In this document: piece after piece, positions 25,501 through 35,799 of the stretch
Position numbering within the stretch: position 1 is the first letter of the stretch
Layout of the letters: every line of letters begins with the position of its first letter
Assembly (NCBI GenBank): GCA_002269645.1
Contig: NIVC01002611.1
Location: 1 to 64,000 of the forward strand
Direction: 5' to 3'
Source: Macrostomum lignano
Taxonomy: Eukaryota
Length of the DNA: 64,000 bases
Made by a program: the position numbers and the translations under genes
Notes under the pieces: generated by a model
Told to the model about the DNA's origin: nothing
The model's input: only the letters and a program-made list of their open reading frames with translations
The model's database searches: none

Positions 25501-28140
25501 TGACTCAAGCCCGCTGACTCAAGTTCCCTGACTAAAGCTCCCTGACTCAAGCCCGCTGACTCAAGTTCCCGCTGATTCAAGTTCCCGCTGACTCAAGCAC
25601 CCTGACTCAAGCCCGCTGACTCAAGTTCCCTGACTCAAGCTCCCTGACTCAAGTTCCCTGACTCAAGCTCCCTGACTCAAGCTCGCTGACTAAAGTTCCC
25701 GCTGATTCAAGTTCCCGCTGACTCAAGCACCCTGACTCAAGCCCGCTGACTCAAGTTCCCTGACTCAAGCTCCCTGACTCAAGCTCCCTGACTCAAGTTC
25801 CCTGACTCAAGCTCCCTGACTCAAGCCCGCTGACTCAAGTTCCCGCTGATTCAAGTTCCCGCTGACTCAAGTTCCCTGACTCAAGCCCGCTGACTCAAGT
25901 TCCCGCTGATTCAAGTTCCCGCTGACTCAAGCCCGCTGACTCAAGCTCCCTGACTCAAGTTCCCTGACTCAAGTTCCCTGACTCAAGCTCCCTGACTCAA
26001 GTTCCCTGACTCAAGCCCGCTGACTCAAGCTCCCTGACTCAAGCCCGCTGACTCAAGCTCCCTGACTCAAGCCCGCTGACTCAAGCTCCCTGACTCAAGT
26101 TCCTACTGACTAAAGTTATCGCTGAGTCCAGTTCCCGCTGACTCAAGCTCCCTGACTCAAGCCCGCTGACTCAAGTTCCCTAACTCAAGCTCCCTGACTC
26201 AAGCTCCCTGACTCAAGCTCCCTGACTCAAGTTCCCTGACTCAAGCTCCCTGACTCAAGCCCGCTGACTCAAGTTCCCGCTGATTCAAGTTCCCGCTGAC
26301 TCAAGTTCCCGCTGACTCAAGCTCCCTGACTCAAGCCCGCTGACTCAAGTTCCCGCTGACTCAAGTTCCCGCTGACTCAAACACCCTGACTCAAGCCCGC
26401 TGACTCAAGTTCCCGCTGAGTCAAGTTCCCGCTGATTCAAGTTCCCGCTGATTCAAGTTCCCGCTGACTCAAGCCCGCTGACTCAAGCCCGCTGATTCAA
26501 GTTCCCGCTGAGTCAAGTTCCCGCTGATTCAAGTTCCCGCTGATTCAAGTTCCCGCTGACTCAAGCTCCCTGACTCAAGCCCGCTGACTCAAGTTCCCTA
26601 ACTCAAGCTCCCTGACTCAAGCTCCCTGACTCAAGCTCCCTGACTCAAGTTCCCTGACTCAAGCTCCCTGACTCAAGCCCGCTGACTCAAGTTCCCGCTG
26701 ATTCAAGTTCCCGCTGACTCAAGTTCCCGCTGACTCAAGCTCCCTGACTCAAGCCCGCTGACACAAGTTCCCTGACTCAAGCCCGCTGACTCAAGCCCGC
26801 TGACTCAAGCTCCCTGACTCAAGCTCCCTGACTCAAGTTCCCTGACTCAAGCTCCCTGACTCAAGCCCGCTGACTCAAGTTCCCGCTGATTCAAGTTCCC
26901 GCTGACTCAAGCACCCTGACTCAAGCCCACTGACTGAAGTTCCCTGACTCAAGCCCGCTGACTCAAGCCGCTGACTCAAGTTCCCTGACTCAAGCTCCCT
27001 GACTCAAGCCCGCTGACTCAAGTTCCCGCTGATTCAAGTTCCCGCTGACTCAAGCACCCTGACTCAAGCCCGCTGACTCAAGTTCCCTGACTCAAGCTCC
27101 CTGACTCAAGTTCCCTGACTCAAGCTCCCTGACTCAAGCCCGCTGACTCAAGTTCCCGCTGATTCAAGTTCCCGCTGACTCAAGCTCCCTGACTCAAGCC
27201 CGCTGACTCAAGTTCCCTGACTCAAGCCCGCTGACTCAAGCCCGCTGACTCAAGCTCCCTGACTCAAGCCCGCTGACTCAAGCTCCCTGACTCAAGCTCC
27301 CTGACTCAAGCCCGCTGACTAAAGTTCCCGCTGATTCAAGTTCCCGCTGACTCAAGCACCCTGACTCAAGCCCGCTGACTCAAGTTCCCTGACTCAAGCT
27401 CCCTGACTCAAGCTCCCTGACTCAAGCTCCCTGACTCAAGCTCCCTGACTCAAGTTCCCTGACTCAAGTTCCCTGACTCAAGCTCCCTGACTCAAGCCCG
27501 CTGACTCAAGTTCCCGCTGATTCAAGTTCCCGCTGACTCAAGCACCCTGACTCAAGCCCGCTGACTCAAGTTCCCTGACTCAAGCTCCCTGACTCAAGCT
27601 CCCTGACTCAAGCTCCCTGACTCAAGCTCCCTGACTCAAGTTCCCTGACTCAAGTTCCCTGACTCAAGCTCCCTGACTCAAGCCCGCTGACTCAAGTTCC
27701 CGCTGATTCAAGTTCCCGCTGACTCAAGCACCCTGACTCAAGCCCGCTGACTCAAGTTCCCTGACTCAAGCTCCCTGACTCAAGCTCCCTGACTCAAGCT
27801 CCCTGACTCAAGTTCCCGCTGACTCAAGCACCCTGACTCAAGCCCGCTGACTCAAGTTCCCGCTGATTCAAGTTTCCGCTGACTCAAGCCCGCTGACTCA
27901 AGTTCCTTGACTCAAGCTCCCTGACTCAAGCTTCCTGACTCAAGCTCCCGCTGACTCAAGCTCCCTAACTCAAGCTCCCTGACTCAAGCTTCCTGACTCA
28001 AGCTCCCGCTGACTCAAGCTCCCTAACTCAAGCTCCCTGACTCAAGCTCCCGCTGACTCAAGCTCCCTGACTCAAGCTCCCGCTGACTCAAGTTCCCTGA
28101 CTCAAGTTACCGCTGACTCAAGTTCCCGCTGACTCAAGCT
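13506..28140. repeat. 14.6-kb satellite of 14/16-bp variant units with core TGACTCAAG (about 1000 units)
   Basis: Units gttccc-, gctccc-, gcccgc-, gcaccc-TGACTCAA (14 bp) and gttcccgc-TGA(C/T)TCAA (16 bp). TGA occurs on both strands in rotating frames, so there are no ORFs. Confidence 0.99.
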
Positions 28141-28227
28141 CAAATAAATAATATAATTAGGTTTTGGCTTAAGAAAATCGTGATTTAACAAAACTGGAAT
28201 CCCTGATTTGGGACTTCGGTCCTGCAA

Positions 28228-28575
28228 TCACAGCACAGCGCACATCTCGCTGCCCCGCTTTTTGCCTCCGCCGTTTGTTCGACTGTTGCTGCCAAATTTC
28301 GACATCCGTGCAGCCGACTGAGCCGGCTGGGACGATTTCTTGCTCTTCTTGCTCTTCTTTTTCTTCTTCTGCTGTTGCTGCTGCTTGCTGGTCTGCCTCT
28401 TGGCCTTCTCAGACTTTTTGTGCTCGGTGTCTGAGCTGGCGCTGCTCGCGCTGCTGGCGCTGGCTTCATCCTTCAACTCCTGCTGCTGCTTCTGTCGACT
28501 TCCCGTCTGCATCGCCCTGTGGTTTGCGGCGCTTTGCTTGCGTTTGCCCTGGGCCCGGTGCAACTTTGCTAGGGG
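28228..28575 (-). CDS. Probable terminal coding exon of an unidentified Lys/Ser/Gln-rich low-complexity protein
   Basis: GC-rich codon-like sequence encoding ...ELKDEASASSASSASSDTEHKKSEKAKRQTSKQQQQQKKKKKSKKSKKSS...MCAVL*. Possible acceptor cccctag just upstream. No family recognised; the 5' boundary is uncertain. Confidence 0.4.
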   Translation of the reverse strand, partial: PLAKLHRAQGKRKQSAANHRAMQTGSRQKQQQELKDEASASSASSASSDTEHKKSEKAKRQTSKQQQQQKKKKKSKKSKKSSQPAQSAARMSKFGSNSRTNGGGKKRGSEMCAVL

Positions 28576-28732
28576 ATGGGAGGCCGGCTATGCAGCATTT
28601 ATCTACCCCATCCCATGCCGAACCACCACTACAGTCGGCTACTCAGAAGTTTTGTTTTACCTGAGAAGGGTTATAAATTCGTGGAGTTCTAAAAAGCTGG
28701 CAACTGGGGGTGCCGCACAGGAGATTTTTTCT

Positions 28733-28990
28733 CAAATTTGGCTTCTCAAATTTGGCTTCTCACATTTGGCTTCTCACATTTGGCTTCTCAAATTTGGCTT
28801 CTCACATTTGGCTTCTCAAATTTGGCTTCTCACATTTGGCTTCTCACATTTGGCTTCTCACATCTGGCTTCTCAAATTTGGCTTCTCAAATTTGGCTTCT
28901 CAAATGTGGCTTCTTAAATGCTGCTTCTCAAATGCTGCTTCTCAAATGTGGCTTCTCAAATTCTGCTTCTTTAATGCTGTTTTTCAAATG
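28733..28990. repeat. 14-bp tandem repeat (atttggcttctcaa/c), about 17 copies
   Basis: Direct reading; the array degenerates toward 28990. Confidence 0.9.
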
Positions 28991-29698
28991 TGGCTTCTCA
29001 GATTGGCTTGTACTGTAAAATCTACTTCGCAAAAAATTGATTATTACTGCTCTGGACTCATTCTTTGACGCATCGCTGCGCCAATTTGAGCGCCTAATCA
29101 CGCGCTTTGGCACTCATTCACAATTTTGGCGCAAAATCACTTTCTCAGCACATAGACACTCATTTCAGCCACCATCAAGCATTTATTTTAGCAAAAACCC
29201 TCTGCACGATTGAATAAATTGTTAAAAATATTTTGTGCAATTAAATTAGAATTTTGTTATAATCACATTTCCAGGCCGCATCGGTCCAATTCCTGTAATT
29301 TTGTTTTTTAAAGCTCCATGATCAGGACACCCACCTCTGTAGCTGATAGTATTTATTTCTCTTCATACTCAGCTACAAGTACTCAAATGGCGCTGCTGCT
29401 GGCCTCTGACTGGCGGAACTACTGACGAGTCGGATCAGAGGCTGAGAGGCTGAGAGAGAACCGCCTCATCATAAAGGATCGAGATTATGATATTTTAATT
29501 CAAGCGCTTTGGCCTCAGTTTATTAGTCGGGAGGGCTGCTCCCTCAACTGTTCACTGTGGACTGCAACAGGTGCAGCGCTTGCTAATGAGGGCTCTAACT
29601 GAAAGGTGGCAATTGCCCTTTTGAAATAACTGACGATGCCATTTTGCACTTCAGCCTCCAGCTTAACCAGGGGTCACTAAGGGCAGAGGGAATTTATC

Positions 29699-30140
29699 CA
29701 GACAGCTCACCGGGGAATGTGAATGAGACAGCTCACCGGTGAATCTGAGTGAGACAGCTCACCGGTGAATGTGAATGAGCCAGCTCACCGGTGAATGTGA
29801 ATGAGACAGCTCACCGGTGAATGTGAATGAGACAGCTCACCGGTGAATGTGAATGAGACAGCTCACCGGTGAATGTGAATGAGACAGCTCACCGGTGAAT
29901 CTGAGTGAGACAGCTCACCGGTGAATGTGAATGAGACAGTTGACCGGTGAATCTGAGTGAGACAGATCAGCGGTGAATGTGAATGAGACAGTTCACCGGT
30001 GAATCTGAATGAGACAGCTCACCGGTGAATGTGAATGAGACAGTTCACCGGTGAATCTGAATGAGACAGCTCACCGGTGAATGTGAATGAGACAGTTTAC
30101 CGGTGAATCTGAGTGAGACAGCTCACCGGTGAATGTGAAT
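29699..30140. repeat. 26-bp minisatellite with palindromic core TCACCGGTGA, about 16 copies
   Basis: Unit gagacagctcaccggtgaatgtgaat. Confidence 0.95.
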
Positions 30141-31278
30141 GATGCACAGCATCAGCGTGAATGTGAATGGTGCACAGCATCAGCGTGAATGTGAATGGTG
30201 CACAGCATCAGCGTGAATGTGAATGGTGCACAGCATCAGCGTGAATGTGAATGATGCACAGCATCAGCGTGAATGTGAATGGTGCACAGCATCAGCGTGA
30301 ATGTGAATGGTGCACAGCATCAGCGTGAATGTGAATGATGCACAGCATCAGCGTGAATGTGAATGGTGCACAGCATCAGCGTGAATGTGAATGGTGCACA
30401 GCATCAGCGTGAATGTGAATGATGCACAGCATCAGCGTGAATGTGAATGGTGCACAGCATCAGCGTGAATGTGAATGATGCACAGCATCAGCGTGAATGT
30501 GAATGGTGCACAGCATCAGCGTGAATGTGAATGATGCACAGCATCAGCGTGAATGTGAATGATGCACAGCATCAGCGTGAATGTGAATTGTGCACATCAT
30601 CAGCGTGAATGTGAATGATGCACAGCATCAGCGTGAATGTGAATGATGCACAGCATCAGCGTGAATGTGAATGGTGCACAGCATCAGCGTGAATGTGAAT
30701 GATGCACAGCATCAGCGTGAATGTGAATGGTGCACAGCATCAGCGTGAATGTGAATGATGCACAGCATCAGCGTGAATGTGAATGGTGCACAGCATCAGC
30801 GTGAATGTGAATGGTGCACAGCATCAGCGTGAATGTGAATGGTGCACAGCATCAGCGTGAATGTGAATGATGCACAGCATCAGCGTGAATGTGAATGGTG
30901 CACAGCATCAGCGTGAATGTGAATGATGCACAGCATCAGCGTGAATGTGAATGGTGCACAGCATCAGCGTGAATGTGAATGATGCACAGCATCAGCGTGA
31001 ATGTGAATGATGCACAGCATCAGCGTGAATGTGAATTGTGCACATCATCAGCGTGAATGTGAATGATGCACAGCATCAGCGTGAATGTGAATGGTGCACA
31101 GCATCAGCGTGAATGTGAATGGTGCACAGCATCAGCATGAATGTGAATGGTGCACAGCATCAGCGTGAATGTGAATGGTGCACAGCATCAGCGTGAATGT
31201 GAATGATGCACAGCATCAGCGTGAATGTGAATGATGCACAGCATCAGCGTGAATGTGAATGATGCACAGCATCAGCGT
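30141..31278. repeat. 28-bp minisatellite, about 40 copies
   Basis: Unit g(a/g)tgcacagcatcagcgtgaatgtgaat, directly abutting the 26-bp array. Confidence 0.97.
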
Positions 31279-32082
31279 CATCAAACTGCCAGATCTGGTC
31301 AGGACTGAGGCACTTACCCAGCAGGCGAGCGTAGTGAATCGTCAATAGAAGAGTTCAGGCATGAAAAGCATAAAATATTTTTATCTTGGCAAGCGGAGTT
31401 ATCGCTCCCAGGGGATCTGCATCCACTACATTGTCTTCCACTGCTGTCACGCAGCTCCGCAAGTGAGTAGAGATTTTGTAGAATTTCTAAAAAAATAATT
31501 TCCAAACCCAGATGAAGCGATTTCACTATGTAACTGCAATGAACAACTCCGATGGGAGATGCTGAGAGCGCAGACTCATCGCTTAGACAGATCTCTGTCA
31601 GATTAGCGGGACTCGATAGCAGTTGAGACCCCATAGGTGGGCGCCGCTCAGCTGCGTGTCCGCCCGCGCCAATCCCCAGACTTCCATCCGAATTGTCCCC
31701 GACTGCCTTGGGGAATTGCATTCGAGGACAAAATAAAAGCAACGCCGGCCCCCCTTAGCGGCCGGCTCGCCGCCTGTTTCGGGACACAAAAAACCCAGAG
31801 AGACAAGAAGACAGCAAATTTTTCTCGTTAAATTTGATCGCAACACTCGAAGAGCAAGAGAGACAGCTTCTTTGTAAAAGCAAGTGAGTAGCAACTGGCC
31901 TGAATTGAATTTCAATTCTGCTGCTCCCTAGAGAGGGAATATCGGTGGTGTTTCGCCTCCCATCATTAGCAAATGGAAGGCTAATTAGAACGAAAAGGCG
32001 AGCAATTAACCCCAGACAAATAAAAACAGGAAAAAATTGAGAAAGCGCCACAGTCCCAACCCGATTTTGAAACTGCAGCAAA

Positions 32083-32349
32083 ATGTCGCGGACACTGCTA
32101 CTCTGCACTCTGGTAGCCGCCCTCATCCTGACGGTCGCGGCGGCCCCCTCCGTAGGCGACGACGGCTGGCATCAGCGACGCGGCGGCGCCGAGCCCTACA
32201 GGTTCTTCATGCTGAAGCGCCTGTTGAAGCGCCCCGCCGACGACCGCGACATTGAGCAGCTGCTCAAACAGCTCAACGATTGGAGCAGCGAGTCGCGATC
32301 AGACTCCGTCATCTTTCGCCTGCGTCGAGGCGGCGGCGGCGGCGTTTGA
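32083..32349 (+). CDS. Neuropeptide-like secreted prohormone, 88 aa
   Basis: Signal peptide MSRTLLLCTLVAALILTVAAA. Dibasic sites RR, KR, KR, RR release GGAEPYRFFML and ...SDSVIFRL. ctgcag acceptor then caaaATG; AATAAA near 32555. Confidence 0.8.
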   Translation: MSRTLLLCTLVAALILTVAAAPSVGDDGWHQRRGGAEPYRFFMLKRLLKRPADDRDIEQLLKQLNDWSSESRSDSVIFRLRRGGGGGV

Positions 32350-32715
32350 AGTTGAAGATCCTGATTGAGCCCTAGCTGAACCTCTAACACAGACTTTGCT
32401 GTGCTCTGCTTCTAAGAGACCCCCAAATTGAGACTGAACAACCAAATACAATTGAATTCTTGGCGAAAATTTTCAGCCATAAATCATAATCAACGTTCGA
32501 TTGATAATTATTGCTTTTCTGATAATTTTATGGCACAATGGGCAAAGCCTAAGAATAAAAAACTAAATAGCAGGTGCATCAATTTTTAGGCAAAACTGAA
32601 TTACTACTGTTACTATGAGCGTTACAACTATTAATATTTCAAGAGTTTTATGCCAAACAATGTTTCTCAAGTGCAGAAACTGAGAGAATTTTTATCCATC
32701 AGAAAGTTCTCAGCT

Positions 32716-33627
32716 CAGCTCAGCTCATTCCCAGCACAGATCCCTCATCATCCAGGTAGAACACAGCTCAGCTCATTCCCAGCACAGATCCCTCATCATC
32801 CAGGTAGAACACAGCTCAGCTCATTCCCAGCACAGATCCCTCATCATCCAGGTAGAACACAGCTCAGCTCATTCCCAGCACAGATCCCTCATCATCCAGG
32901 TAGAACACAGCTCAGCTCATTCCCAGCACAGATCCCTCATCATCCAGGTAGAACACAGCTCAGCTCATTCCCAGCACAGATCCCTCATCATCCAGGTAGA
33001 ACACAGCTCAGCTCATTCCCAGCACAGATCCCTCATCATCCAGGTAGAACACAGCTCAGCTCATTCCCAGCACAGATCCCTCATCATCCAGGTAGAACAC
33101 AGCTCAGCTCATTCCCAGCACAGATCCCTCATCATCCAGGTAGAACACAGCTCAGCTCATTCCCAGCACAGATCCCTCATCATCCAGGTAGAACACAGCT
33201 CAGCTCATTCCCAGCACAGATCCCTCACCATCCAGGTAGAACACAGCTCAGCTCATTCCCAGCACAGATCCCTCATCATCCAGGTAGAACACAGCTCAGC
33301 TCATTCCCAGCACAGATCCCTCATCATCCAGGTAGAACACAGCTCAGCTCATTCCCAGCACAGATCCCTCACCATCCAGGTAGAACACAGCTCAGCTCAT
33401 TCCCAGCACAGATCCCTCATCATCCAGGTAGAACACAGCTCAGCTCATTCCCAGCACAGATCCCTCATCATCCAGGTAGAACACAGCTCAGCTCATTCCC
33501 AGCACAGATCCCTCATCATCCAGGTAGAACACAGCTCAGCTCATTCCCAGCACAGATCCCTCATCATCCAGGTAGAACACAGCTCAGCTCATTCCCAGCA
33601 CAGATCCCTCATCATCCAGGTAGAACA
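32716..33627. repeat. Near-perfect 48-bp tandem array, about 19 copies, overlapping the 3' end of the minus-strand gene
   Basis: Unit acacagctcagctcattcccagcacagatccctcatcatccaggtaga; only rare cat/cac variants. Confidence 0.98.
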
Positions 33628-33904
33628 GCGCCCCAACCCCGGCAGCCGCGGTGGCGCCCAGCATGAGGCCCGCATAGCCGTACACCCGGTACACGCAGTA
33701 GCCAAACATGACGAGGAAGGCGGCAAGCAGCAGGCCGAGCTGTAGGCGGGCCAGCCTCCGCTCCGTGTGCTCACCGGCCTTCTCCAGCTTGTCCAGCCGG
33801 TGCTCCAGGTTGAACAGCCGGCGCTGGGCCGCCCCAGCCAGCTGCAGACTCTCGTCATCATCGTTAGGATTTTCCGGATTTTTACCGGCGGCTGCGGCAG
33901 GCAT
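33584..33904 (-). CDS. Uncharacterised small coiled-coil + two-transmembrane protein, 106 aa (possibly longer at the N-terminus)
   Basis: Heptad-like LFNLEHRLDKLEKAGEHTERRLARLQ followed by hydrophobic LGLLLAAFLVMFGYCVY and YAGLMLGATAAAGVGALFYL. Acceptor tttctttaag at 33940, upstream donor gtaagt at 35367, and a phase-compatible 37-nt exon at about 35368-35404. Confidence 0.7.
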   Translation of the reverse strand: MPAAAAGKNPENPNDDDESLQLAGAAQRRLFNLEHRLDKLEKAGEHTERRLARLQLGLLLAAFLVMFGYCVYRVYGYAGLMLGATAAAGVGALFYLDDEGSVLGMS

Positions 33905-34039
33905 GTCGCTTTGCAGGTTGGCGCCTCGGGCAGGGTGAGCTTAAAGAAATAATTTGAAGAGTGTACATGCCTGACGGTGAGAAATTCAGTGCCGCTGTAC
34001 ACCCTGTGTGAGCGTGAGCCATCATGGAGGCCTATCAAG

Positions 34040-35340
34040 CTGTGGGGGCGCCAAACCTGCTGTGAGAGGGGCGCCAAACCTGCTGTGAGGGGGCGCCAAA
34101 CCTGCTGTGAGGGGCGCCAAACCTGCTTTTAGGGGGCGCCAAACCTTCTGTGAGGGGGCGCAAAACCTGCTGTGTGGGGGGGCGCCAAACCTGCTGTGTG
34201 GGGGCGCCAAACCTGCTGTGTGGGGGCGCCAAACCTGCTGTGAGTGGGCGCAAAACCTGCTGTGTGGGGGGCGCCAAACCTGCTGTGTGGGGGGCGCCAA
34301 ACCTGCTGTGAATGGGAGCGCCAAACCTGCTGTGTGGGGGCGCCAAACCTGCTGTGTGGGGGGGCGCCAAACCTGCTTTGAGGGGGTGCCAAACCTGCTG
34401 TGAGGGGGCACCAAACCTGCTGTGTGGGGGGCGCCAAACCTGCTGTGAGGGGCGCCAAACCTGCTTTGAGGGGGCGCCAAACCTGCTGTGAGGGGGCACC
34501 AAACCTGCTGTGTGGGGGGCGCCAAACCTGCTGTGAGGGGCGCCAAACCTGCTGTGTGGGGGGCGCCAAACCTGCTATTAGGGGGCGCCAAACCTGCTGT
34601 GTGGGGGCGCCAAACCTGCTGTGTGGGGGGCGCCAAACCTGCTGTGTGGGGGGCGCCAAACCTGCTGTGAATGGGAGCGCCAAACCTGCTGTGTGGGGGC
34701 GCCAAACCTGCTGTGTGGGGGGCGCCAAACCTGCTTTGAGGGGGCGCCAAACCTTCTGTGAGGGAGCGCCAAACCTGCTGTGAGGGGGCACCAAACCTGC
34801 TGTGTGGGGGGCGCCAAACCTGCTGTGAGGGGCGCCAAACCTGCTGTGTGGGGGGCGCCAAACCTGCTATTAGGGGGCGCCAAACCTGCTGTGTGGGGGT
34901 GCCAAACCTGCTGTGTGGGGGCGCCAAACCTGCTTTGAGGGGGCGCCAAACCTTCTGTGAGGGGGCGCAAAACCTGCTGTGTGGGGGGCGCCAAACTTGC
35001 TGTGTGGGGGGGCGCCAAACCTGCTGTGTGGGGGCGCCAAACCTGCTGTGTGGGGGCGCCAAACCTGCTGTGAATGGGAGCGCCAAACCTGCTGTGTGGG
35101 GGCGCCAAACCTGCTGTGAATGGGGGCGCCAAACCTGCTGTGTGGGGGGCGCGAAACCTGCTGTGAGGGGGCGCCAAACCTGCTGTGTGGGGGGCGCCAA
35201 ACCTGCTGTGGGGGGCGCCAAACCTGCTGTGAATGGGGCGCCAAACCTGCTGTGAAGGGGCGCCAAACCTGCTGTGAATGGGGGCGCCAAACCTGTTGTC
35301 AGGGGGCGCCAAACTTGCTGTGAGGAGGCGCGAAACCTGC
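34040..35340. repeat. Variable 20-24 bp GC-rich minisatellite
   Basis: Unit (g)n-gcgccaaacctgctgtg(t/a); it lies in the inferred intron 35367-33940. Confidence 0.95.
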
Positions 35341-35799
35341 TGAGGTCTTTATTAAAAAATCACTTACCTGTTTTGGCTCCGGAGAATGCAGACTTTAGCT
35401 GAGCCTGCCAAGAGTAGAGACAAGACTATACCGACTCAGAGATCTGTTTACCACCCTTACCTTAGAATTCAAAACATTGACTTTTTATGCAGAGTAAGAG
35501 CCATCAATAATTAATTGCTAAAGTAAGGCCGCGGGCTCTGCGTGTGTTTAATAATTCAGTCTAATAACCCGCTAGACCAAGATTTCTCAATTGAATTCTT
35601 GAGGGCGATTCTTGGAAATTGACTGCTAGACCAGCCGGTTTTACCGTTCGCAGGGCAAGGGATAATTAAATTGAGTGCAATGCACGTAGGGACAGTGTAT
35701 GCAAGCCTGTACAGGTAGGGACAATAGGCAATCTAAATTCTCACGAGGTGCCGTTAGATGGCGCGGTCATTTAAGGCCGCGATTCTTACATGTGAGCTT

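Noticed and set aside
28340-29068. 242-aa hydrophobic plus-strand ORF
   Set aside because: It is the antisense of the K-rich exon fused to a 14-bp repeat.
29699-31278. CRISPR-like appearance of regularly spaced 26-28 bp repeats (also 32716-33627 and 35800-37205)
   Set aside because: Units are head-to-tail with no unique spacers, there are no cas genes, and the context is eukaryotic.
31380-31630. Possible plus-strand exons (donor gtgagt near 31462, acceptor near 31511)
   Set aside because: A phase-compatible join is possible, but the peptide is unrecognisable and no start or upstream exon can be supported.
32650-33666. 338-aa plus-strand ORF of TQLSSFPAQIPHHPGR repeats
   Set aside because: It is the antisense reading of a 48-bp array; the minus-strand gene explains the unique part.
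34022-35323. Multiple overlapping ORFs on both strands
   Set aside because: Minisatellite translation artefacts inside an inferred intron.
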